Assembly: GCA_963764165.1 (NCBI GenBank)
Contig: CAVXRD010000002.1
Coordinates: forward strand, 2,112,001-2,176,000
DNA length: 64,000 nucleotides
Origin: an uncultured Verrucomicrobiae bacterium
GTDB taxonomy: Bacteria; Verrucomicrobiota; Verrucomicrobiia; Limisphaerales; Palsa-1400
Reading direction: 5' to 3'
Shown: positions 49,224-58,010 of the stretch, in pieces
Position numbering within the stretch: the first letter of the stretch is position 1
How the letters are laid out: the number at the start of each line of letters is the position of its first letter
Notes under the pieces: model-generated
The model's input: the letters and a program-made list of their open reading frames with translations, nothing else
The model's database searches: none
What the model was told of the DNA's origin: nothing
Position numbers and translations under genes: made by a program

Positions 49224-49613
49224 TTAATTCTTGCGCGCGGCCATCGCCACCGTCACCGGCTGTGTGTCCGGCCTCGGGGCCTGCTGGACTGGCTGCTCGT
49301 ATTCAGGCGCATCCACAATGCGGATGACCTGCGATAGGGCGGGGGGGCCAAGGCCCAGGTTCAGCTTTTTGACTCGCGCTTCCAAAGAAATGGGAGAACA
49401 AAGGGTGGCCAGTTGGTCGCGGCGCATTTTGTTCTGCCGAACGAGTTCGATGAGGCGCGATTCGCGATCCTTGATTTGAGCGCCGAGGTGATCGATCTGG
49501 TTTTTGTACCAAACGAAACCCACGCCAAGCGCGGCGAACAGCCCGCAAAGCACCAGCACCGTTAATACGGGCGCCACTTTCAGCTCTGCATCGTTCTTCT
49601 TATTGCGTGCCAT
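49224..49613 (-). CDS. ftsL: FtsL-like bitopic coiled-coil protein
   Basis: Short basic N-terminus, one TM, coiled coil; canonical position between rsmH and ftsI. Confidence 0.7.
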   Translation of the reverse strand: MARNKKNDAELKVAPVLTVLVLCGLFAALGVGFVWYKNQIDHLGAQIKDRESRLIELVRQNKMRRDQLATLCSPISLEARVKKLNLGLGPPALSQVIRIVDAPEYEQPVQQAPRPDTQPVTVAMAARKN

Positions 49614-49670
49614 GCTCTCTATCCGTTCATCGCTATTCTCAATTCGCCAACTGCCTGCTTTTTGCCGCCC

Positions 49671-49728
49671 GGCTCGGCAGGAGCCTCGCCCTACCAAGCG
49701 CTCGGTAGGGCGAGGCTCCTGCCGAGCC
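49671..49728. repeat. Inverted pair of GTAG-type REP sequences (second class)
   Basis: ggctcggcaggagcctcgccctacc-8 bp-ggtagggcgaggctcctgccgagcc, perfect 25-bp inverted repeat. Confidence 0.85.
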
Positions 49729-49780
49729 GCGCAAACCGAAAGTTCACAAAATCAAATTGGCGCTCTCATCGCCGCTCTCG

Positions 49781-50716
49781 CTAAAATTTTAATTTCTCCA
49801 TCACTCTCAATTGCGCGCTCCGGCTGCGCGGGTTTTCGCTCAACTCCGCTTCGTCCGGCATGATCGCTTTTCTTGACACCCACCGCACTTGCGGCGGGCG
49901 CGGCACGCGCAACTCCGGGACATCCACCGGCCCGGGCGATTCGTAGTCCCGAGACAGCCGGTTGCCGAATTCCTTCACCATCCGGTCCTCCACCGAATGA
50001 AAAGTTAACAGGGCAAACCGGCCGCCGGGCCTTAAAATCTTCATTGCCGCCACCAAACCGCGTTCCAAAGAACCGAGCTCGTCATTGACTGCCATGCGCA
50101 AGGCCTGGAAGACTTTGGTTGCCGGGTGCGATTTTCGCCCCGCCCTAGGCGAAATTTTCTCAATCAACTCCGCCAATGCGCGCGTTCTGCTCCAAGGCCG
50201 CGTTTCCCGCTCGCGCACAATCGCCTTCGCCATCCGCCGTGACTGCTCTTCGTTGCCGTAGCGCCAAAAAATCTCCGCCAGTTCCTCAGCGCCCGCCTCG
50301 TTGAGGAGCTTGGCCGCGGTCCATTCCTGCCGCTGGTCCTGCCGCATATCGAGCGGCCCGTCTTCCTGAAAACTGAATCCGCGCTCGGGCTGATCCAGTT
50401 GCGCGCTGCTTACGCCGAGATCCAAAAGCAGCCCGTCACAACTTTCCGGTTCGACCCATCCCGCCAGTTCCGCAAAATTCCCGCGCCGGATCTCAAAGCG
50501 TCCCGCGAACTCGCAGAGACGCGCTGTGGCCGCTTCCACTGCCGCTCCATCCCGGTCGCACGCCACCAACCGCCCGGTCGGCGCGCTCGCCTGCAAGACT
50601 GCGAAAGCGTGTCCCCCACCCCCAACAGTGCCGTCGGCGTAAAGGCCGCCCGGCTTGGGCTGCAGCGCTTCCAGAACCTGGCGCTCCATCACTGGCCGAT
50701 GAAAAAACGGTTTCAC
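49781..50716 (-). CDS. rsmH: 16S rRNA m4C1402 methyltransferase
   Basis: HRPVM, DGTVGGGGH, DLGVSSAQLD, GPLDMR, FQALRMAVNDE, FHSVEDR, NPRSRSAQLR. Confidence 0.97.
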   Translation of the reverse strand: MKPFFHRPVMERQVLEALQPKPGGLYADGTVGGGGHAFAVLQASAPTGRLVACDRDGAAVEAATARLCEFAGRFEIRRGNFAELAGWVEPESCDGLLLDLGVSSAQLDQPERGFSFQEDGPLDMRQDQRQEWTAAKLLNEAGAEELAEIFWRYGNEEQSRRMAKAIVRERETRPWSRTRALAELIEKISPRAGRKSHPATKVFQALRMAVNDELGSLERGLVAAMKILRPGGRFALLTFHSVEDRMVKEFGNRLSRDYESPGPVDVPELRVPRPPQVRWVSRKAIMPDEAELSENPRSRSAQLRVMEKLKF

Positions 50717-50719
50717 TTT

Positions 50720-51325
50720 TCATGGTTGCGCCGATGCCTGCTGCTGCTCCTGCACTTGCAGCGCTTTTGCGTCGCGAGCGGGCTTTGCTTCCTTGCCCGC
50801 CTTCGCGTTTACAGCCACCACTTCCAAATCATCTTCCGCCAAGTCGTTCCGGATGACCTTGACCTTTTCCAAAGCCAGCTCTGTCTGCACTGCCATAGCC
50901 GGCATCGGGCTTGGCTTGCGGCCCGGCGCCAGTTGGCGCATCCATCCGGCTGCCGCATCCGCCCACTTGCTCCACACGGCCGGTTTTGCAGGAGCTTCCG
51001 CGATTGTCGTGGCCGCCGAAGGCGCCTTCGGCGCTGGCATCGGCGGAATCGCCCGCACCGCATGCACCACTCTTGGCTCTGGCTTTGCCACAGCTTCCGG
51101 CTTCGGCAAAGCGGGCGCCGGAAGGTGAGCCGGTTTCGCCTGCTCAAAAAGCGCCGCTTGCTTCGCTTCCCGGACGACGTGGGAAGTTGTGGGATTCGCC
51201 TTTGCGCCCTTGTTTGCCGAAAAATTCGGCAGCGGATTCTTCGTCAACAGCTTGTAATGGCCGAGATCCTTCGTTCCACGAATCGTGTGCCCCTTCGTCA
51301 TCAGGTTGAACGGGTTCATGCTCAT
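50720..51325 (-). CDS. Uncharacterised Pro/Ala-rich protein inserted between mraZ and rsmH
   Basis: ATG overlaps the mraZ stop; ends 3 bp before rsmH; block VQTELALEKVKVIRNDLAEDDLEVV. Confidence 0.75.
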   Translation of the reverse strand: MSMNPFNLMTKGHTIRGTKDLGHYKLLTKNPLPNFSANKGAKANPTTSHVVREAKQAALFEQAKPAHLPAPALPKPEAVAKPEPRVVHAVRAIPPMPAPKAPSAATTIAEAPAKPAVWSKWADAAAGWMRQLAPGRKPSPMPAMAVQTELALEKVKVIRNDLAEDDLEVVAVNAKAGKEAKPARDAKALQVQEQQQASAQP

Positions 51326-51780
51326 TCGCCCATCGCCTGCAAGGCTTCCTTCCAGACTGGCACATCCTGCGCCTTCGCCTCGGCGTACCGCTCGGGACTC
51401 CAAATTTCAAATCGATCGACCATCCCCACCAGGACTGCTTGATTCGTAATCGCAGCCTCCATCGTCATCTCCTCCGGAATTGTCAGCCGGCCTGCCGTGT
51501 CCAGCTTCATGCTGGTGGACATGCTGCCGATCAGGCGTTTCAAGGCCGGTTTTTTGACGACATCGGTCATGGCTTCAATCTCAGCGCGGAACTTGGCCCA
51601 TGGGCCGGGCGGGAATACACGCAAACAAGTCCCTGCCTCATGCTTGGGCCAGACCACCAGGGTGAATTCGAGGGGATCCTTCGGTCTCCAGCGAAAGGGC
51701 ACAGGCAATCGCCGTTTGTCATCCAAACTATGGCGATAGACCAAGCTATATGTCGCTTCGCTGACGGATTCACTTGCCAT
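51322..51780 (-). CDS. mraZ: Transcriptional regulator MraZ
   Basis: HSLDDKRRLPVP, LDTAGRLTIP, LVGMVDRFEIWS. Confidence 0.92.
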   Translation of the reverse strand: MASESVSEATYSLVYRHSLDDKRRLPVPFRWRPKDPLEFTLVVWPKHEAGTCLRVFPPGPWAKFRAEIEAMTDVVKKPALKRLIGSMSTSMKLDTAGRLTIPEEMTMEAAITNQAVLVGMVDRFEIWSPERYAEAKAQDVPVWKEALQAMGE

Positions 51781-51801
51781 CTAAAATTCTTGTTGCGCTG
51801 C

Positions 51802-51875
51802 CCCGCGTTTCGCCCTATCTTACCCCCGCTTACCACGCTGGCCCACATTAAAACACCTTTCCCCCGGCGAGTCAA
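51802..51875 (-). promoter_or_regulatory. dcw promoter with 10-bp-phased MraZ-type boxes
   Basis: TTGACT-17 bp-TTTAAT, then GTGGG, GTGGT, GGGGT, AGGGC, GCGGG at exact 10-bp spacing (51846 down to 51802). Confidence 0.75.
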
Positions 51876-51892
51876 TAGGGGTGGGAGGGAAT

Positions 51893-51971
51893 TTGTCCAC
51901 AGAGTTATTCACAATTTAAGTGTTTATTATCCCTCGTGTGTCAAATGCACGGCTTCGATAGTTGTGAATAA
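51893..51971. promoter_or_regulatory. Cluster of DnaA-box-like 9-mers
   Basis: TTGTCCACA (51893), TTATTCACA (51905), inverted TTATTCACA (51963-51971). Confidence 0.6.
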
Positions 51972-51999
51972 ATACGCGTAATTTTTTTGGAAAAAATGC

Positions 52000-52611
52000 G
52001 CATACGAAGCAGGCACGGAAGCAGACGTTCCGCTCATCATCGGGTCCAATAGTGCGGAAGTTCAGGGGGGGTTTGTCAATGCCAGTTCAAAGGAGGAATT
52101 GTTTTCCCTGTTCGGAAGCCTCAGAGCCCAAGCGATTGCCGCCTACGATCCTGATGGAACGAATGAACTCGCCAAAATGCTCACAATGGTCAATACCGAC
52201 AAAGTCTGGGCGGAGCCGGCCCGGTTCACCGCGAGGGCCTTTGCCGCCAAGGGCCAATCGGCTTACCTTTATCGCTTCTCCTATGTCCCCGCTGCGATGC
52301 AGCAGATGATGCGTTATGGCGCTCCACACGGATCCGAAATCCCTTATGTGTTCGGCAATCCTGCCGGCAGAAATGGAGACATCGCGGCACCCAAGGACCA
52401 CGAGGTCGCCAAGATAATGAACACATATTGGGCCAATTTCGCCAAGACGGGCGACCCTAATGGATCGAGCCTGCCAAAATGGACGCGCTACGATCCCGCC
52501 AAGGACCAGATTCTAGAATTTCGCCCGGACGGTTCGCCGGTCGATGCCCCCGATCCCCGGAAAGCCCGGTTGGACGTGACCGAGTTGGCCGCAAAAGCTG
52601 CAAAGCGGTAG
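52000..52611 (+). pseudogene. C-terminal fragment of a type-B carboxylesterase
   Basis: ADVPLIIGSNSAE, YLYRFSY, GAPHGSEIPYVFG, YWANFAKTGDPN; an upstream in-frame stop at 51979 and no GxSxG half. Confidence 0.8.
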
Positions 52612-53139
52612 GCTGGTGCGGTCTCCTTCTTGGTTCGTCGCCGTTTTTCAATGGAACAGCCGCGCAATCTTGCTTGCTCGCGCGGGGCGCAGCCCATCCA
52701 CCCGCAACACTTCTGCCGCCGTCGAGGTTTTTGCTTCCGGTCCCGCCTGAACAATTGATGTTTCGTTTGTCACGCCCCGCCATACCACATCAGTGTGTAA
52801 TTACACTCTTAATTGACGAGAGGGTTATTTGGCCTTATTTTTCCCCCTGTCGCCCTCATGGCGTGTTCTTTGATATTTTGCGGATTCCCGCCTCCAGGGG
52901 GCGGTTGTGTTTTAGCGGGCTGCTCGGAAGGGCAGCTAAATAAATCGTGGTCGCGGCATTGCACGCTATTGCACCCTATTGCGCCTTTGGTTTTTGGCCT
53001 CACTATTTTGCACTTTAGTTTGGACAGTGGGTGTCGGGGATCGGGGGTGGCAGCATGCCCCGCCAATCGTGTTTAGAAACCCTCCTCTCTGTTTTCAGTG
53101 GAATGAATTGTGGCCAACGCATCCGCGGCGACAGCTCTA

Positions 53140-53336
53140 AGCCGTAACAATGCAGTTGAGATGGGCAGCGCGACCGCTTCGGTCGCCTCCAGTCGGCGTC
53201 CCGCCGACTGGCTTCGGCGGAAAATGTGGATCCACCTTTCGGTGAGTCATCAGTTGCGCAAGATGTCTTCGGCGGGACGCCGAAGACGGCGGTCGAGACG
53301 ACCGCGCTCCCCAATTTCAACTGCATTGTTACGGCT
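53140..53336. mobile_element. MITE-like element with perfect 20-bp terminal inverted repeats and internal hairpins
   Basis: agccgtaacaatgcagttga (53140-53159) / tcaactgcattgttacggct (53317-53336). Confidence 0.8.
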
Positions 53337-53390
53337 GACGGGCCATGGAAAACACATTGTTTCATTCAATGGCAATCCACTCGAAAGAAA

Positions 53391-53823
53391 TGTAGCGGGT
53401 TTGTAGCGGCTCTGTAGCGGCAAATGCAGGGTTCCTCGCCATATTTGGTGGAATGAGACAACTCGTTAGCCGTCGCTGCGGGACAACCCATTTGGAATCC
53501 AGGCTTGGCACTGGCTTGGCCAAAGCTCGTTATAGTGTATGATCTCGAAAAAGGGGCAACACCCGCTACACGGTTGACCATCAACGAGATAAGGGGCAAC
53601 AAAAATAGCAACAAACCCGCAACAGACCCGCAACATTTCTTCCCGCGCTGTCTGGTTGCATGAAACGCGGCGTCTTTCCGCCGTTCCCTGAAAATTTTCA
53701 TCAAGATGCCTGCACCATCGTTTGTTCCACTGAAAACGTGGAGGAACCAATGTAGGCGGGTTATCTGGTTGATGCTCAACGAGATAGCGGGTGTAGCGGG
53801 TTTTTTGGAGATTATATATCATT
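53391..53823. repeat. Dispersed repeat family, further copies (TGTwGC units at 11-bp spacing)
   Basis: tgtagcgg at 53391, 53402, 53413; inverted gcaaca at 53596, 53608, 53619, 53630; tail shared with 26801-26892. Confidence 0.6.
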
Positions 53824-53917
53824 AGGCGTGAAATGGTTTGCCAACCATGGAAAGTGCCGCTCGTGATGTGGGATGAAGCATTCTGTCCCATGCCAGACTG
53901 CGCCGACGGCAGTGAAT

Positions 53918-53948
53918 ACTTGCAACTGGGTCTCAAGTGGCATAGTCT
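53918..53948 (+). promoter_or_regulatory. feo promoter overlapped by a putative metal-repressor dyad
   Basis: acttgcaactgggtctcaagt dyad; TTGCAA-17 bp-TAGTCT. Confidence 0.6.
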
Positions 53949-53954
53949 GAGCCG

Positions 53955-54254
53955 GTGAAGAAGCAGGAGCAGCCAGCGCAGGCGTGCGAGGGGGACAATG
54001 TTTGTCCCCAGCCGTTTTTGTGCCCGCTTAGCAAGGTCAATGCGGGCGTGGCTGTGCGCATCAAACAATTGTCCGCCACACCGGAAGTGACTCATCGCTT
54101 GCGGGAGATGGGGTTTTGCGAAGAGCAGAAAATCAAGCTTCTGAGCCGCCAGACTAATCTAATATGCCAGGTTTGCAATGCCCGCCTCGGCATCAGCAGC
54201 CGTTTGGCCGAAAAAATCCTCGTCGAACCGCTTCCACGACAAAAGGTGGCTTAG
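53955..54254 (+). CDS. feoA: FeoA-family protein
   Basis: HRLREMGFCEEQKIKLL...VCNARLGIS...ILVEP. Confidence 0.85.
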   Translation: MKKQEQPAQACEGDNVCPQPFLCPLSKVNAGVAVRIKQLSATPEVTHRLREMGFCEEQKIKLLSRQTNLICQVCNARLGISSRLAEKILVEPLPRQKVA

Positions 54255-54258
54255 TTTC

Positions 54259-54495
54259 ATGAGCGCCCAACCCCTGACCGCGCTGAAACTCGGGGCCGCA
54301 GGCACGGTCAGCGAAATAAAATTGCGTCCAGAACAACGCGGGCGCCTCCTTGAGATGGGATTGCTGGTCGGAACGCCCGTCCAATTGGTTCGCTTCGCTC
54401 CGCTTGGAGATCCGGTGGAAATCAAGGTTCGCGGTTATCATCTTACCCTTCGCCGACAGGACGCAGAACAAATCTGGGTTCAATCGGCCAGTTAG
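54259..54495 (+). CDS. feoA: FeoA-family protein
   Basis: RLLEMGLLVGT...APLGDPVEIKVRGYHLTLRR. Confidence 0.93.
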   Translation: MSAQPLTALKLGAAGTVSEIKLRPEQRGRLLEMGLLVGTPVQLVRFAPLGDPVEIKVRGYHLTLRRQDAEQIWVQSAS

Positions 54496-54511
54496 CGCTG
54501 CCATCTGCCAA

Positions 54512-56698
54512 ATGGATTCCCCCACCAACCAAAATAAGCCACCGCTTCCAATTGCGACTGAGTCTCAATTGGCCCAGCCTAACGTGGCGAATTGCATTGT
54601 CCTCACGGGAAATCCCAATTCCGGGAAGACGACGGTTTTCAATGCCCTAACGGGTCTGCGGGCGCGGGTCGGCAATTACGCGGGTGTGACCGTCGAGCGC
54701 AAAGAGGGGCGTTTCCAAGCCAGCCCGCCGGATTTGCCGCTGACGGTTCTCGATTTGCCCGGCACGTACAGCTTAAGCCCGCAATCGCTTGACGAGCAAA
54801 TTGCACGGGACGTCCTGTTTCATCGTTTGCCGGAGGTGCCGATCCCTGCGGCGGTTGTCATCGTCGTCGATGCGTCCAATCTGGAGCGAAATCTTTATTT
54901 TGCCACGCAGGTGATTGAATTGGGTTATCCGACCATCATCGCGCTTAACATGGTCGATGTCGCGGAAAGCATCGGCCAGGAGATTGATGCGGAGCAGTTG
55001 GCAGCGGAATTGGATGTTCCGGTTGTGCCGATGGTTGCCAGCGCGGGAAAAGGAATGCGCGCGATGCAGCAAAAAATTGTTGACGTTGCTCGCGCCGGAA
55101 AAAAGCGCGCCGCCCGCGCGCCGTTCGGTGAATTGCCGCCTGCTTTTGCAACCGAGGTGAGGTCGATGGCGGCGACGCTCGCTCGACGGGATTCCAGCCC
55201 GCCGGAGTTGCACGGCGCGGAGGCGTTGCTGTTGGTGAGCGACGAGAAATTTCTGTCCAGCGCTCCGCAACATTATGTCTCCGAAGTTGGCCAGGCCGCT
55301 TTCGCCGCCCGGCAGCGATTGGAGAAGGCCGGGATTGATTGGCGCGGAGCGGCCATCGAGGCGCGGTATGGGCGCATCGCGGCCATACAACGGGCGGTCA
55401 CGACTGCGGGAGGAATTTCCGGCGAGACTTTTAGCGACAAGCTCGACCGCATTGTCACGCATAAGGTCTGGGGCATGGCGATTTTCGTGGGAATCATGGC
55501 CCTCATGTTTGTGACGATTTTCAGCGTTGCGCAATGGCCGATGGATTTTTTGCAGTGGCTCTTTAGCGGAGTCGGCACGTTTTTGGAGAACCATATTCCA
55601 CCAGGAGACCTGCAAGCGTTGTTGGTGAAGGGAGTTGTCCAAGGCGTCGGGGCGGTCGTGGCATTTCTGCCGCAAATTTGCCTGCTGTTTTTATTTATTG
55701 GATTGCTCGAAGACACGGGCTACATGGCGCGGGCGGCTTTCTTGATGGATCGGATGATGAGCAAAGTCGGCCTGCACGGGAAAAGTTTTATTCCGATGCT
55801 GAGTTCGTTTGCCTGCGCCATCCCGGGAATCATGGCGACGCGCACCATTGAAACGCGCAAGGATCGGCTGGTCACCATTTTGGTTGCGCCGCTGATGAGT
55901 TGTTCCGCGCGGCTGCCCGTTTACACATTGCTGATCGGCGCGTGCCTGCCGGGGCGCATCGCGCTGGAAAGCCTGGTGATGCTGTCGATGTATTTGCTGG
56001 GCATCATCGTGGCGCTGGTGATGGCGTGGGTTTTCAAGAAAACGCTTCTCAAAGGCGAGACGCCGATGCTCGTGATGGAATTGCCGCCATACAAACGACC
56101 CATGGTCCGCGCCGTCATCCGCCACGTCTGGGATCGCTCGAAGCTGTTTCTTATTCGCGCCGGGACGGTAATTCTTGGAATCAATATTCTGCTCTGGTTT
56201 CTGACGAGCTACCCCCGGCACGGCGCGGATGCCCATGCCAGGGAAGTCACCGCCGCCCAGGCGGGCGAACGTTTGCGCGGAAGTTTTGCCGGTCACGCCG
56301 GCCGGATTATCGAGCCCGTGATTGCGCCGCTCGGGTTCGATTGGAAAATGGGAATCGGCATCATTAGCTCATTTGCCGCGCGCGAAGTTTTTGTGAGCAC
56401 GATGTCTGTCGTATATAACGTTGCTGAAGGGGACGACGAAAAGAACGCCAAGAAATTGTCGCAAGTGCTTGGTGAGCAAAAAAAGCCGGACGGCAAAGCT
56501 GTTTACTCAACGCTCACCTGCGTCACGCTGATGGTTTTCTACGTGCTGGCGCTGCAATGCGTGAGCACCGTCGCGGTCGTGCGGCGGGAAACGAACTCCT
56601 GGAAATGGCCGCTCTTCCAATGGCTCTACATGGGAGCGCTGGCATGGATTCTTGCCTTCATCACCTACCAAGGCGGCCGTTTGCTCGGCTTTGGTTAA
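54512..56698 (+). CDS. feoB: Ferrous iron transporter B
   Basis: GNPNSGKT, VGNYAGVTVE, DLPGTYS, LNMVD, EDTGYMAR, MSCSARLP, AREV. Confidence 0.97.
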   Translation: MDSPTNQNKPPLPIATESQLAQPNVANCIVLTGNPNSGKTTVFNALTGLRARVGNYAGVTVERKEGRFQASPPDLPLTVLDLPGTYSLSPQSLDEQIARDVLFHRLPEVPIPAAVVIVVDASNLERNLYFATQVIELGYPTIIALNMVDVAESIGQEIDAEQLAAELDVPVVPMVASAGKGMRAMQQKIVDVARAGKKRAARAPFGELPPAFATEVRSMAATLARRDSSPPELHGAEALLLVSDEKFLSSAPQHYVSEVGQAAFAARQRLEKAGIDWRGAAIEARYGRIAAIQRAVTTAGGISGETFSDKLDRIVTHKVWGMAIFVGIMALMFVTIFSVAQWPMDFLQWLFSGVGTFLENHIPPGDLQALLVKGVVQGVGAVVAFLPQICLLFLFIGLLEDTGYMARAAFLMDRMMSKVGLHGKSFIPMLSSFACAIPGIMATRTIETRKDRLVTILVAPLMSCSARLPVYTLLIGACLPGRIALESLVMLSMYLLGIIVALVMAWVFKKTLLKGETPMLVMELPPYKRPMVRAVIRHVWDRSKLFLIRAGTVILGINILLWFLTSYPRHGADAHAREVTAAQAGERLRGSFAGHAGRIIEPVIAPLGFDWKMGIGIISSFAAREVFVSTMSVVYNVAEGDDEKNAKKLSQVLGEQKKPDGKAVYSTLTCVTLMVFYVLALQCVSTVAVVRRETNSWKWPLFQWLYMGALAWILAFITYQGGRLLGFG
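54548..54572. promoter_or_regulatory. Second, near-perfect copy of the feo dyad within the 5' end of feoB
   Basis: ccaattgcgactgagtctcaattgg, one mismatch between arms. Confidence 0.55.
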
Positions 56699-56714
56699 CG
56701 TGTTAACTTGCGGA

Positions 56715-57045
56715 ATGACTGCTTTGGCTGAAAAAGAATGTGCGGCCTGCAAGGGCGCCGCCGCTGCCCTGAAGGGTGAAGCGCTGGCGGGTTTCTCGAA
56801 ACAAATCAACTCCAATTGGCGCATCGTCAACGAACATCACCTCGAGCGCGAATATAAATTCGCCAATTTCCGCGAGGCTCTGGCCTTCACCAACCGCGTT
56901 CGGGGAATTGGCCGAATCGCAAAATCATCATCCCGATATTTATCTGGCCTGGGGCAAAGTGAAATTGACGCTCTGGACCCATAAGATTGACGGCCTGACG
57001 GAGAGCGATTTTGTGTTTGCGGCCAAGGTGGATCAGATCTCTTAA
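56715..57045 (+). pseudogene. Pterin-4-alpha-carbinolamine dehydratase with +1 frameshift near 56900 (possibly a sequencing error)
   Basis: MTALAEKECAAC...LEREYKFANFREALAFTNRV, then GELAESQNHHPDI...WTHKIDGLTESDFVFAAKVD in another frame. Confidence 0.85.
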
Positions 57046-57141
57046 GCAGGGACGCCTCGCCGAGGCGTCCGGGGACTTTCACAAGCCCGGACGCGTTCGA
57101 CAAACGCCACGCCCTCGGACGCCTCGGCGAGGCGTCCTTAC
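57046..57141. repeat. REP doublet (REPIN): two inverted REPs with a 46-bp spacer
   Basis: gcagggacgcctcgccgaggcgtcc ... ggacgcctcggcgaggcgtccttac; each differs by one base from the RAYT-flanking REP. Confidence 0.88.
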
Positions 57142-57184
57142 CTTGGGAACAGTTTTCCGAACGAGCGATTAGACAATTTCCGCG

Positions 57185-57949
57185 TTGCTGTTTACAATCG
57201 CTGTCCTGAATACGTTACCGACGGACAGTCCGACTCTCAGCATCGTCCTTCCTTGCTTCAACGAGGAAGGCAACATTCGCGCCTTGATCAAAGCCGTCAC
57301 CGAGGCGGTCGCGCCGCTGGGCGTCACTTACGAAATCATTCTTATTGACGATTGCAGCACGGACGGCTCGTGGGCGCTGCTGAAGGAATGCGCGGCGGTG
57401 GACTCGCATATTCGCGCGCAAAAGCTTTCCCGCAATTGCGGCCAGTCCGCGGCGCTGTGGGCAGGCTTCAAGGCCTCGCGCGGGAGCTACATCATCACGC
57501 TCGATTCGGATTTGCAGAATGATCCGCGCGACATCCCCAGTTTTTTGAAGGCGCTGGAAAAATTCGATTGCGCCTGCGGCACGCGAGTGGAGGCGCGCAG
57601 CAAGGGAGATAGCTGGCTGCGGGTGGCCCAGTCGCGCATTGCCAATTGGGTGCGCAACAAATTATCCGGCGAAGAAATCGAAGACGCAGGCTGTTCGTAT
57701 CGCGCCTTCAAAAGGGAATGCGTGGCGGATTTGAAATTCTTCAAGGGAATGCACCGCTTTCTTCCGACGCTCATCAAGATGGAAGGCTACACCGTGACGG
57801 AAATTCCGATCTCGCATCACCCGCGTTTCGCGGGCCAGACGCATTACGGCATGTGGAACCGGCTGTTCGCGTCATCCTACGACTTGCTGGCCGTGCGGTG
57901 GATGAAAAAGCGAATGTTCCGCTGGCAAATTTCGGACAAGATTAATTAG
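57185..57949 (+). CDS. GT2 glycosyltransferase, polyprenol-phosphate glycosyltransferase (DPM1/ArnC-like); start uncertain
   Basis: SIVLPCFNEE, IDDCSTDGS, NCGQSAAL, LDSDLQNDP, GMHRFLP. Confidence 0.9.
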   Translation: MLFTIAVLNTLPTDSPTLSIVLPCFNEEGNIRALIKAVTEAVAPLGVTYEIILIDDCSTDGSWALLKECAAVDSHIRAQKLSRNCGQSAALWAGFKASRGSYIITLDSDLQNDPRDIPSFLKALEKFDCACGTRVEARSKGDSWLRVAQSRIANWVRNKLSGEEIEDAGCSYRAFKRECVADLKFFKGMHRFLPTLIKMEGYTVTEIPISHHPRFAGQTHYGMWNRLFASSYDLLAVRWMKKRMFRWQISDKIN

Positions 57950-57972
57950 GCCCGCGCCGAAGGCGCCATTTT

Positions 57973-58004
57973 AAGGTAGGGACGCCTCGCCGAGGCGTCC
58001 GGGG
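57973..58004 (+). repeat. REP flanking the RAYT gene (downstream side)
   Basis: aaggtagggacgcctcgccgaggcgtccgggg, exact inverse of 58530-58561. Confidence 0.92.
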
Positions 58005-58010
58005 GCGTGG

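Noticed and set aside
52620..53900. Short ORFs between the esterase fragment and feoA
   Set aside because: They overlap the MITE and repeat arrays and lack protein-like features; treated as non-coding.
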